Origin: a virus
Taxonomy: Duplodnaviria > Caudoviricetes
Virus record (IMG/VR): IMGVR_UViG_3300012157_000001
Coordinates: 1 to 64,000 of that record
Direction: 5' to 3' (one strand)
DNA: 64,000 nucleotides
Position numbers and translations under genes: made by a program. Of the stretch, positions 47,714 to 57,553 are shown one piece after another (the first letter of the stretch is position 1; every line of letters starts with the position of its first letter). The notes beneath the pieces were generated by a model. That model had not been told where the DNA came from. It was given only the letters and a program-made list of their open reading frames with translations, and searched no databases.

Positions 47714-48135
47714 GCACGACGCAAAGTGAAGATCCTACCGAGCGCGTCGACCATCCGCGCTGGTACAACCAACACGCGAGCGGGATCGAGTGCATCGAGA
47801 TCATTGAGCACTCGCCCGGAAACCTGAGCGCGGCGGTGAAGTACATCTGGCGCTGCGGCCTCAAGCAATCCGAGACGCCGCTCCGGGATTTGCAGAGCGC
47901 GCGCTGGTACACCGAACGCGAGTCTCAGCGCGTCGACTTGTACGAGCTCGACGACGATCCTAGATTGAAGACGGATGTCATCTGGCGCGCGCTCGCCAGG
48001 AAGGTCATCTGGGCCGACCGGGACAGCACGCTCGCCGACTACCTAGAAGAGCTGCTGAACGGAAGCTTCACGGAGATGCTTGCCGCGATCGATCACGCGA
48101 TCAGCGAGCTCGACGAGCGGAAGGCTGCGCCGTGA
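47710..48135 (+). CDS. DUF3310-like phage protein
   Basis: VDHP.WY....GIECIEI...AVKYIWR.G.K...DL..ARWY. Confidence 0.75.
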   Translation: MSTTQSEDPTERVDHPRWYNQHASGIECIEIIEHSPGNLSAAVKYIWRCGLKQSETPLRDLQSARWYTERESQRVDLYELDDDPRLKTDVIWRALARKVIWADRDSTLADYLEELLNGSFTEMLAAIDHAISELDERKAAP

Positions 48136-48659
48136 CGAAACGACAACGAGAGGTGAAGGCCGCGCGCGCAAAACGGAAGAAAGCTCTCGCGTTGCTGCGA
48201 GAGGCGAACAACGTCTTGTTCGCGCGTCGGCGTAGGCGGCGTAGGCTCCTGCGTCGGCCGCTGAGAAGAAGTAACCCAGAGGAGACTGCCTTCTACACGT
48301 GGCTACACGATTTCGAGGTGCTGCTTCCCGCCGTGGCGCGCACTGCCGGCTCCGGAACGTTCACGTCTGAGGATCTTATCGTCAAGGCCACCCAGGCAGC
48401 CGATCGGATGAAAGGGGAGGTGGCGGCACGTCGCCCCAGCAGTCTCGCTGAAGTCGACAGCGGCCGGCATATTCGTCGCCGCCGGCTCGGAAAGCATGCC
48501 GACTGGCGTCACTGGCAGCACGTGTTCGACGGCTTAGTACACGCGCTGGCGGAACGTAGTGGACTGAACTCGGACGCCGTCATCGATCGTGCTAGCGAAC
48601 TCACGGATGCAATGCTCAACGAGATTGATAAACGTCGCCCGCGGAGGTCTGCCAAATGA
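48132..48659 (+). CDS. Hypothetical protein with internal duplication
   Basis: Two W.H.F..L..A.A.....I..A....D.M..E...RRP units. Confidence 0.6.
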   Translation: MTKRQREVKAARAKRKKALALLREANNVLFARRRRRRRLLRRPLRRSNPEETAFYTWLHDFEVLLPAVARTAGSGTFTSEDLIVKATQAADRMKGEVAARRPSSLAEVDSGRHIRRRRLGKHADWRHWQHVFDGLVHALAERSGLNSDAVIDRASELTDAMLNEIDKRRPRRSAK

Positions 48660-49495
48660 ACATCGTCCGATCGATCGCAACCAGTGACCGCGCGCTTTTG
48701 GAGCGCGTCTTCGAGCAACGCTGCAAAACAATCGTTCTGAACGACAGCGTCGCGCTGACGCGCGTGCTCGGCGACCTGATGCTGTACGTAGACACGCGAG
48801 ACACCGGAGTCGCCCCGCACCTTCTGATGAGCGGCTACTGGGAGTTCTGGGTGACGCAGGCCATCGCGCGTCACTTGAAACCCGGTATGGTCTGCGCAGA
48901 CGTGGGTTCGAACGTTGGTTACTACACGCTCCTGATGGCGGCGCTCGTGGGCGAGAAAGGCCGCGTGCACTCCTTCGATATTCTGTCTACGAATTGCGTG
49001 CTGCTGCGGCGCAGTGCGGAAATCAACGGCTTCCGCGAGACGGTTTCGGTGCATGCGCACGGTATCGCCGATCGCGAGGGCGACGCGCCGATTCGGGTAC
49101 CCACATCATCGTGGGATGGCTCGGGCCATTTCGCCAGTGCGGCGCTCACGGAGGTGATGGGCGGCGAGACCAACACATCGGAGGCGTATCAGCCGGGCAT
49201 CGTGCCGGTGCGGCCCCTGGACGCGATTGACTTCGGCGAGCGCCTCGACTTCGTGAAGATCGACGTCGAGGGCGCGGAGCCGCTGGTGTGGAAGGGGGCA
49301 GTCGAGACATTCCGCCGGTACAACCCGGTCATGTGTATGGAGTACGAGAGCCTTCGGCTGGGCTACCCAGAGTTCCTGGTGCTCCTTCGGAAGGATGGTC
49401 TCCGGGTGCGTTACGTCGAATACGACTCGAATCTGGTGGACCTGCCGGAGTCGCCGGATCCCGAGCGGCTCTACATGCTGTGGGTGACGCGATGA
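48656..49495 (+). CDS. FkbM-family SAM-dependent methyltransferase
   Basis: DVGSNVGYYT, LDFVKIDVEGAE. Confidence 0.88.
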   Translation: MNIVRSIATSDRALLERVFEQRCKTIVLNDSVALTRVLGDLMLYVDTRDTGVAPHLLMSGYWEFWVTQAIARHLKPGMVCADVGSNVGYYTLLMAALVGEKGRVHSFDILSTNCVLLRRSAEINGFRETVSVHAHGIADREGDAPIRVPTSSWDGSGHFASAALTEVMGGETNTSEAYQPGIVPVRPLDAIDFGERLDFVKIDVEGAEPLVWKGAVETFRRYNPVMCMEYESLRLGYPEFLVLLRKDGLRVRYVEYDSNLVDLPESPDPERLYMLWVTR

Positions 49496-52400
49496 ACCTT
49501 CGGCGCATCCTAACGGCGCGGCCGGTGGATCTGCCGATCTACCGGCAGTACGTGGTCGACCACCCGAAGCACGGTGCAACGGCGCTCGTCTACATGCTGC
49601 CGTGGTCGGTCACTCTCGGAATCGTCGTCGTGGGCATGCTCGTCTGCGCGCTCGGGAGTCCGTGATGGCGCACGTCGTACAAGTCGTGTACACGCCCGTC
49701 CGAGGTGGCGACGGCTCGGAGTTGGTCGCGATCCGATTGCCGGACCGAGAATCGGTGAGGCACTACCTGCGCGGCGAAGCGCCGAGTGCGGCGGTGTGCC
49801 TGGCGCTCGAAGCGGCATCGCGCAGCGTTGCGCGCGACGAGGTGCCGTCCGGTGACGGCTTCACGGTGACGGTCGTCTTCGTGAACGAAGCCGGTGAGCC
49901 GCTCACTCCCGTTGAGCCGATGCCGCCTGAGCAAAGAGTCATTCAAGTCCCGGCGGACCATCCGGCCTGGAACGCGATCGACGACGACGACTGGAATGGT
50001 CACACGTTTGGCAGCTGGCTGCGAACCTACGTAAAGGGTGCGACCGTAGTGATCTGGCCACCCCACGACTACGGCGACAGGCTCGGAAGATTTCTGGCGG
50101 CGCTGCTCAACGCAGGCGCCGAGCGCATCGTAGCCGGAGCGGCCACGTGAGCTGTCGGCGCATCGGCACCGCAATTCTCAACGTCGCCAATCCGGCGTTG
50201 CGGATCCGAGTGGGCGGCAAGCCGTTCCTGTTCGAGGATCATCCGTTCTGTGGTCCGTTGCCCTGTTACTCGGACGGTACCGAGCGTCGGGTCGGTCAGC
50301 GTAGCCCGTTTTGGGAAGCGGTGACGCGCTGGTACCAGAGCGGCAAACGAGTCGACCGGGAGGGCTGGTGCGTGGTCGAGGAGCCGACGCCATGAGCACG
50401 GACGAGGCACTGTTGCTCCCTCGCTTCTGCGAGCGCACCGGCAACCCGTGCGGGACGGACACTGTGCACAACGACGAGCCGGGCTGCTCTTGCCGGCAGT
50501 GCATGCTCTGGTGCCTCGAAGAACTCAAGCAGCGTTGGCTTGCGATGGACCTCCAGCGTACGGAAAATGAAAAGCTCCGCATCGCCTTGTCGGACTGCGC
50601 GAACCACGCCGCTGGGTTCAGGTGCACGTCCGGCATGTGCTCAACGGAGTTCCTGCTGAACGTTCCCGAAGAGGTACGGCTACAAATCGGCGCTCGCGAG
50701 CGAGACAGGGACGCGACCAGAGCGGCTCTGGTTCGCGTAGAGGCCGAGCGGGACGCAGCCCGGGCCGAGGCTCAGGCGATGGAAAACAGCTACATCGCGG
50801 AAAGCTCACGCAATTGTGAGGCGGAGCGCGCGCTTCGCGACGCGCTCCTGGACGTCCTGAGCTCTGCCACGCCACATCCGGTCGAGCACCCATCGATGTG
50901 GCGCACGTGGCGACAAGCCAACAAGCTGCTCGGACGGGATCCGGACACGCACGTGATACCGACGGCGGACAAGGATCTGGAGCAATACCTCATGACGGAG
51001 CGCCCATGAAAGCAGTCACCGAGCACGAGCGCGCGCTAAGGCTTCAGAAGCAATACCGCGGCAGCATGGCGAACCACGTCATTCTTAGCCGAGTGATGAT
51101 GACCGAGAGGCAGGCATCGTTCACGATTGGACGGCCCGGCGATAGCACATACACCGCCGAGATTGTGGTGCTTCGTTGGGGTCACCTGCTCGTCCACGGT
51201 GACATCGACGCAGTGATTTTCGGCGTGTGTAGCGGCTACGAGTCGTGGCGGGACGTCCTCGATTGGATGGGCCGCGCTGACTACGGCTACGCCGAAGAGA
51301 AAGCGTCGATCGGCTCCACGTGTTCCGCGATGGCGCGGTGCTTCGACGACGAGGTCGCGCTCTCGAAGATCTGCTACTGGCGCCGGCACCGATACATCCC
51401 AGACAAGGAATCCGCCCGCGAGCTCTGGGACCACGTGCAGAGCGGCGAGTGGCACGAGGCGCAAAGTAGGCTGTACAGCATCGACTTCGAGCTCAATCTC
51501 GACGACGTGACCCATCCGCGGGTGTTCATGGCACAAGCAGCCGTCAAGCGGCTCTGCGAGCTGCTCGACGCGGAAAAAGCGGTCAACGTAGCTCAAGTCG
51601 AGGCGGTCACATGACGCAGACGAACGCCGGGGAAATGGACGAAAGGGTGCATCTGACGGTGGAGCAGGCGATGGGGATGCTCGACGTCAAAGGTACTCGG
51701 GTGCACACGCTCGTGAATCCAGCCGTCAATATGATGGTGGGCGCGGACTGGGACGTCGAGCAAGTGCGTGCCTGCTTCGAGGAGAACGGAGTCGAGCTCG
51801 CCGGACACACCGCCACGAGCATGGGCCACGGCCTCGCATCCAAAGATCGGGGTCGCTGGGTGTACTTCGCCACGCGCGAGGGAAGCAAGGCCGAGGTGGC
51901 ATCTTGAGGGACGAAGTTGTCGCTGCGGCGGAGGCGGTACTCGTCGCGGCCAGGGAGCTGCCAGCGGTTGGCGCTGGTAAGGAACAGGTTCTCGTCGCGC
52001 TTCGAAAGTACGACGCGGCGGAGACTCGACTGGATGACGCAATGGACGCCTACATGGCAGCAGCGGCAGCGAAGGGAAAGAAACGATGATCGTCGTGGTG
52101 TGGTTCGTGAACATCCTGATTTCGTGGTTCAACGCATGGGGCTGCGGCAAGACGTGGGCGGAGACCCGCGCGGCCGGCGGCATGCCACACTTTCTGAACT
52201 GGATGGGTGCGATCATGAGCGCGAGCGGCTTCACGTGGTGCTACACGCTGCTCGCTTGCCTGCTTGGCGGTGGCGTAACGCACACGGTGGACGGCAGAGT
52301 CGTTCCGTACCTGTCGGAAGCGCAGATACAAGCCGTCGCCGGCATGGGGTACATGATGGTCATCCTGCCCGTGCTCGGAAGCGGGCTCGCAATCACGCTG

Positions 52401-52912
52401 CACTCGTGGGGCGTGTTTTATAGACGCCGTAGTTTCGGCAGCGGTGCGGTCGCTGGGTGGAACACATTCGCGCAGGCCTCGAACATGTACCACGCGGCCC
52501 AGGACATCCCGCGAGTGTGGGGAATGCTCGGGGGTTTCTTCGGCGGCAAGAGCAAAAGCGGCAGCAGCGACAGCAACGGGAGCAAACTCGTCATACTGAT
52601 CGCCGCCTGCGCGCTCCTAGCCGGCATCCTGACCACGTATACGATTCTGACGTCGACGGCGCGCGCCACCGCCAGGGATCGGTCGCTGCGCTACGCGAGG
52701 GTCGCGTGAGAGTCGGTGTCGCGGCGCCGGAACCGATGCCGGAGGTCGTTGTCCTCGTCGGCGATGAATCATCCCACGATGGTCCCGGCTGGTACTACTA
52801 CGACGCGGAGTATCCTGACGAAGGCTCGTGCGGAGCGTTCGCAACGCGGGAGGAAGCCATCGCGCACGCCGAGGAGGCTGGATACGTCGTTCGGCCGCCG
52901 GGTGTCCTGTGA
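49492..52912 (+). other. Run of small hypothetical genes including membrane proteins (49492-49665, 49665-50150, 50147-50395, 50392-51009, 51006-51614, 51611-51907, 51904-52089, 52086-52709, ~52706-52912)
   Basis: Coupled ORFs; 52086-52709 has about 4 TM segments. Confidence 0.6.
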
Positions 52913-53181
52913 AGGCCACGAAACGGCAGAAGCCGGAGCCGTGGGACCCAACGCGCCTCAGCTTTCGAACGGTCAGGGAGACCAGCGACCGGATCCGCGC
53001 GCTAGCGAAAAAGGAGGGAATGACCGTCACCAGCCTGATCGCTGAGGCTATCTACATTCACCTGCATCGCTTGGAATCGAGAGGTGATCGGAAACGCCGC
53101 CGGATGCTCGTTTGCGGGGCGTGCGGCAAGCCGGCAGTGGATGCTGCCACTGATGGCAGGAAGAAGAGCAGGCAGCCGTGA
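52909..53181 (+). CDS. Ribbon-helix-helix (CopG/Arc-like) regulator
   Basis: RLSFRT...DRIRALAKKEGMTVTSLIAEAI; C-terminal CxxC. Confidence 0.6.
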   Translation: MKATKRQKPEPWDPTRLSFRTVRETSDRIRALAKKEGMTVTSLIAEAIYIHLHRLESRGDRKRRRMLVCGACGKPAVDAATDGRKKSRQP

Positions 53182-54962
53182 GCACTCTGTTCTACGGAGA
53201 CAACCTGGACAACATGCGGCGGCTCCGCGACGAGACGGTGGACCTCTGCTACATCGACCCGCCGTTCAATTCGAAGCGCACCTACAACCAGATCTACAAC
53301 AACGTCGGACGAGAAGATCGCGCGCAGGCCCGCGCCTACACTGACACGTGGGAATGGGGCGACCGGTCGATCGAAGGATTCCAGGAAATCCTGGGAAACA
53401 AGCACGGGCGGTTCCCCGCGAAGACGATCGATCTGATCAAGGGGCTCCACAAGGTGCTCGGCGAAGGCGGTCTGCTCGCGTATCTCGTGAGCCTGACCAC
53501 ACGAGTCACCGAGATGCATCGGCTCCTCCGACCGACGGGGAGCTTCTACCTGCACTGCGACCCGACGGCGAGCCACTATCTGAAGATCGTGCTCGACAGC
53601 ATCTTCTGTTCGCAGTGCGGCGAGTTCCAGAACGAGATCGTGTGGCGCCGAACCGGCGCGCACGGCAAGACGCAACGCTTCGGGCCGATCCACGACGTCA
53701 TTCTCTTCTACACGAAGTCCGACACATACACGTGGAACCCGGTGAACCGCCCGTATATGCGCGGCCACGTGAAGGAGTACTTCGTGCAAGAGGCCGACGG
53801 CCGTTGGCGGACGAATTACTACGGCAACGTCCTCACTGGGTCCGGGCTCCGCGGCGGCGAGTCGGGGAAACCGTGGCGTGGCTTCAACCCGAGCGCCAAG
53901 GGCCGGCACTGGGCAGTGCCGGGAAAGTTGATCGAGGAGGTCGATGAAGATCTGTCGAAGTTATCGCAGCACGAAAAGCTCGACCGGCTCTACGAGCTCG
54001 GCCTGATCACGATCACGCCGGGCGAGGCGTGGCCGATGTATCAGCGCTACATCAACCGCAGCGACGGCCAGGCCCTGTCGGACCTGTGGGCGTTTCAGCC
54101 GTACACCGATGGCACCGTCTTCGAGACGGCGGACGGTATCGACGCCGACGTGCGGTGGCTGTCGTCGAACGATGCGGAACGACTCGGCTACCCAACGCAG
54201 AAGCCAGAGGGCCTCCTAGAACGCATCGTACGCGCGTCGAGCAAGGAAGGCGACACGGTGCTCGACGCCTACTGCGGCTGCGGAACCACAGTGTCGGTTG
54301 CGCAGCGTCTCGGCCGTGAGTGGATCGGCATGGACATCACGTACCAGTCGATTTCCCTGATCCTCAAGCGCTTGGAAGATGACTTCGGCGAGAAGATAGC
54401 CGAGAGCGTGAAGCTCTCGGGCGTTCCGAGAGACATGGAGTCCGCCGTCGCGTTGGCGCACAAGAAAGACGACCGCGTCCGAAAGGAGTTCGAGAAGTGG
54501 GCGGTGCTGACGTACACGAACAATCGCGGTGCGGTAAACGAAAAGAAGGGCGCGGACGCCGGCATCGACGGAACCGTGCACTTCATGACCGCGGAGAAGG
54601 AGAACGCGCTCATGGTGCTCCAGGTGAAGTCCGGCGGCGTCGGTCGAGGCGACATTGCGAAGCTCCGCGGCGACATGCAACGCGAAGACGCCGAGCTTGC
54701 CGTCTTGATCACGCTGGAATCCGCGAAGGCGCCAATGGTCAAGGAAGCGAATGCCGCGGGGCGCTATCGGCACGAGGTCATGGGCCGGGACTACCCGAGG
54801 ATCCAGATCGTGACCGTCCAGGAGATGATCGAGAAAAGACGCCGGATGGATCTGCCGGTGGAGTGGAAAAAGGAGGCGCCGGCATCCAGTGCTACTGCTG
54901 CCACTGGCGGCACGCGCCGTGCAAGGCATAATGGGAAGAGGCTAAACAATGTTCCACCGTAA
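53178..54962 (+). CDS. N6A/N4C DNA methyltransferase (beta class) fused to Mrr-like nuclease domain
   Basis: GDNL, YIDPPF, YPTQKP..LLERI, DAYCGCGTT; C-terminal DAGIDG...QVKSG. Confidence 0.9.
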   Translation: MSTLFYGDNLDNMRRLRDETVDLCYIDPPFNSKRTYNQIYNNVGREDRAQARAYTDTWEWGDRSIEGFQEILGNKHGRFPAKTIDLIKGLHKVLGEGGLLAYLVSLTTRVTEMHRLLRPTGSFYLHCDPTASHYLKIVLDSIFCSQCGEFQNEIVWRRTGAHGKTQRFGPIHDVILFYTKSDTYTWNPVNRPYMRGHVKEYFVQEADGRWRTNYYGNVLTGSGLRGGESGKPWRGFNPSAKGRHWAVPGKLIEEVDEDLSKLSQHEKLDRLYELGLITITPGEAWPMYQRYINRSDGQALSDLWAFQPYTDGTVFETADGIDADVRWLSSNDAERLGYPTQKPEGLLERIVRASSKEGDTVLDAYCGCGTTVSVAQRLGREWIGMDITYQSISLILKRLEDDFGEKIAESVKLSGVPRDMESAVALAHKKDDRVRKEFEKWAVLTYTNNRGAVNEKKGADAGIDGTVHFMTAEKENALMVLQVKSGGVGRGDIAKLRGDMQREDAELAVLITLESAKAPMVKEANAAGRYRHEVMGRDYPRIQIVTVQEMIEKRRRMDLPVEWKKEAPASSATAATGGTRRARHNGKRLNNVPP

Positions 54963-55878
54963 TCTGAACGTTCTGTCCGTAGTCCTGTTGTTCGCCGGCT
55001 GTGGCGGCGGCGATTTCAGCACCGCTGGGCTCGAAACCGGCGGCGTGGGCCCCGAAGGCACCGGCGGCGCCGTTGAGGCCGACGCTGGAGCGGCGGGCGC
55101 GAAGCAGGGCACCGGCGGCGTAACCGGTGTGACGGGCGGCCAGGCGGCCGTTACGGGCGGTTCGGCCGGTATCGGGGCTGACACGGGCGGGACGGCCGGC
55201 GGTGGCACAGGTGGCCAGCAGGCGGGTTCCGGGGGCGATCCTGTCGGGCCGGGCGGCGGGGCGACCGGCGGCCAACAGGCAAGCACAGGGGGCCTCGGCG
55301 GCGGTACAGGAGGGAGCCCTGGCACCGGTGGCGCCCAATCGTCTGGCGGCGTTGGCACCGGAGGCGTCGCTGGATGCCAGCCGCCGTACGCCGACCAGCT
55401 GACGACTGCCCTGCTGGCCGCCCTTCCGCCCAGCATCACCTGGACGGCGTTTTATTCCTACGTATCGACCACGACTTGTCCCGCGTACGCTGCCTGCGGA
55501 CCGCTGGGAGGCTCGACGCCGACGCCGAACTGCGGGGAACTCTTCATCAGATGGAATTCCGCGGACATTCGTCCTGGCGGCGACGTGTACATTTCGTTTT
55601 CTGCTCAGGTCAATACTGCTGCCCGCTACGGATGCAGCGGCGCAATCATCAACAGCTGCTCAATCGAGGCGGCCACCACGCAGGGCACCGTCAAGGTGCA
55701 CATCGAAAACACAGCGGGGGCGCCAGCTCTTGCCTGGAAGCTGACCGCGCCGCAGTCGTTCACCACGTGGAACGCCACCAGCAGCTGTCCGAATTTCGAC
55801 GGGACCGCCGCCGGCACTGACCTCAACGCAGAGCTCCTGGCCGCGATACCTGTCACGCTGACGGGTTCCTGTCAGTAA
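54949..55878 (+). CDS. Gly/Thr-rich lipoprotein with Cys-rich C-terminal domain
   Basis: Lipobox-like LLFAGC; GTGG repeats. Confidence 0.7.
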   Translation: MFHRNLNVLSVVLLFAGCGGGDFSTAGLETGGVGPEGTGGAVEADAGAAGAKQGTGGVTGVTGGQAAVTGGSAGIGADTGGTAGGGTGGQQAGSGGDPVGPGGGATGGQQASTGGLGGGTGGSPGTGGAQSSGGVGTGGVAGCQPPYADQLTTALLAALPPSITWTAFYSYVSTTTCPAYAACGPLGGSTPTPNCGELFIRWNSADIRPGGDVYISFSAQVNTAARYGCSGAIINSCSIEAATTQGTVKVHIENTAGAPALAWKLTAPQSFTTWNATSSCPNFDGTAAGTDLNAELLAAIPVTLTGSCQ

Positions 55879-55922
55879 CGAACCAGCACGAATTCAGCGC
55901 TTCCTGACACGGTGCCGTTTTG

Positions 55923-55952
55923 TTGACGGCTACGCCCGGCGAGCTGTAGCCT
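55923..55952 (+). promoter_or_regulatory. sigma70-like promoter, probably leaderless
   Basis: TTGACG-N18-TAGCCT, 7 nt before ATG 55960. Confidence 0.6.
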
Positions 55953-55959
55953 TCGCGAC

Positions 55960-56403
55960 ATGGCACTCGTTGTCGGTGACATCGTTTCGATGAGCCTGGA
56001 GGCCTACGAGAATCTCAATGGACTTCTGGGTCCATTGGTCCAGGCGCAGCCGCCGAGGTTCGGTAGGGTGGCCGCGGCAGACGGGCCCCCCGCCACGATC
56101 GTGGATGTTCTCTGGGATGATGGCCGGTTCGAGGAGGACATCCCGGTGGTGGCGCTCGACAAAATCGATTCACCTGACGCAGGCATAGTCGCCACCCTCC
56201 AGGGCTTCGTGCTCAAAACGAATCCGTCGGTCGTGGCGCAGGCGGAAAGTCCAGAGTTTCAGGGCATCGCCATTGCGTTCTACACGCGCGACAACAACGG
56301 CGCCGGTACACCGACCGAAACACTGGTACTCATGCGTCTGAATTTCTTCGGGACGTACCGCGAGCTGCTCGCCTCTACGCTTCAGGTAGCCACGGGCCGG
56401 TGA
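55960..56403 (+). CDS. 'VxWxDG' family protein, copy 5
   Basis: LVVGDIV...QPPRFG...VDVLWDDG. Confidence 0.7.
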   Translation: MALVVGDIVSMSLEAYENLNGLLGPLVQAQPPRFGRVAAADGPPATIVDVLWDDGRFEEDIPVVALDKIDSPDAGIVATLQGFVLKTNPSVVAQAESPEFQGIAIAFYTRDNNGAGTPTETLVLMRLNFFGTYRELLASTLQVATGR

Positions 56404-56795
56404 GGAGTACCGCGCCGCCGGCAAGCTCGGAGTTACCGAGCCGCGCCGCCTGCATCGCGGGCCTCCGAACGGCACTCACGGATGCGAGGGCCGCTGTCGA
56501 AGCGTGGCGTGACGAGCGCATGGATCCCATGGCGCGCCTGCTCAACGACGCGACGGCTGCGCTGTCACGTGCGAATCGGATGGCGGCCCAGCTGACGCAG
56601 ACGATTCCCTCGCACTCGCGTCGCGTGCGTACGGTGCTCCGAGCCGTGGAGCAGGTTACCGAGGCACTACGAATCGTCGATCGAGCCCGCATGTGGGACT
56701 GGTCCCAAGAGGACCAGGCGGCGGACGATGCGATGCAGGTAGCGATGGTCCGGGCGCTCGGCACGGCGGAACGCGCGATCGACGCGACGGTCTAG
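56400..56795 (+). CDS. Hypothetical helical protein
   Basis: GTGA overlap. Confidence 0.5.
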   Translation: MRSTAPPASSELPSRAACIAGLRTALTDARAAVEAWRDERMDPMARLLNDATAALSRANRMAAQLTQTIPSHSRRVRTVLRAVEQVTEALRIVDRARMWDWSQEDQAADDAMQVAMVRALGTAERAIDATV

Positions 56796-56814
56796 AGGGG
56801 AGGCCCGAGACCGA

Positions 56815-57549
56815 ATGCCCGCAGCATTGGGTGTCCCTCAGTTTGCGGACAACCTGAACGGATCGCCCTCCGCCGTTTCGGTGACGGTGGGCAACGGGGA
56901 CGCGATCCTCGTAGCGGTTACCGTGAGCCTCGCGTTCGGCGGTCACACGGTCTCAGTCGCTGATGGGGGCGCATCCTACTCGGAGATCGGCTCCGCGCTG
57001 CAGGACACAACGAACCAGCAGGAGATTCGAGCTTGGTACAAGCCGAACTTGGCTTCGGGTTCGTACAGCGTTGCGGCCACAATCGGAAATCCTGTCGCCG
57101 GGCAGACGTATGCGGGGATCTGCGCCGTCGCAGTGCAGGGTGTGACGACATCTCCTTTGACCGCGTACGGCCCCGGGCTCAAACAGGTGGGCCCCGGGAC
57201 GGGCACGGACGCGATCAACTCGGGCTCGTCGCAGACTCCGGGAGCGTCCACATGCCTGGTCATCACGTTTTGTCAAGACACCAGCACTGGCATCTTGGTT
57301 CCGGCCGCCGGAACTGGCTTCGCATCGGCGGGCACCGGGTGGGGCTTCGGCGGCGCGCCCGGAATGCGTATCGCGAGCAAACGAATCACGAGTGGCAATG
57401 CGCAAGGAACGTTTACAGCGCAGTCGGGCGGCGGTAGCGTCACCTACCTGACCCAGATGTTCGCGTTCGCAGGGCTCGGTGCAGCCTCACCGAGCGACAT
57501 TCTTGTCGCTGCGCAACGGCATGCGCGCGACCCTCTAATCAGGATGTGA
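56815..57549 (+). CDS. Beta-rich Gly/Ser/Thr protein, candidate spike/receptor-binding
   Basis: SD GGAGG; composition; C-terminal tail shared with next gene. Confidence 0.6.
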   Translation: MPAALGVPQFADNLNGSPSAVSVTVGNGDAILVAVTVSLAFGGHTVSVADGGASYSEIGSALQDTTNQQEIRAWYKPNLASGSYSVAATIGNPVAGQTYAGICAVAVQGVTTSPLTAYGPGLKQVGPGTGTDAINSGSSQTPGASTCLVITFCQDTSTGILVPAAGTGFASAGTGWGFGGAPGMRIASKRITSGNAQGTFTAQSGGGSVTYLTQMFAFAGLGAASPSDILVAAQRHARDPLIRM

Positions 57550-57553
57550 ACCA

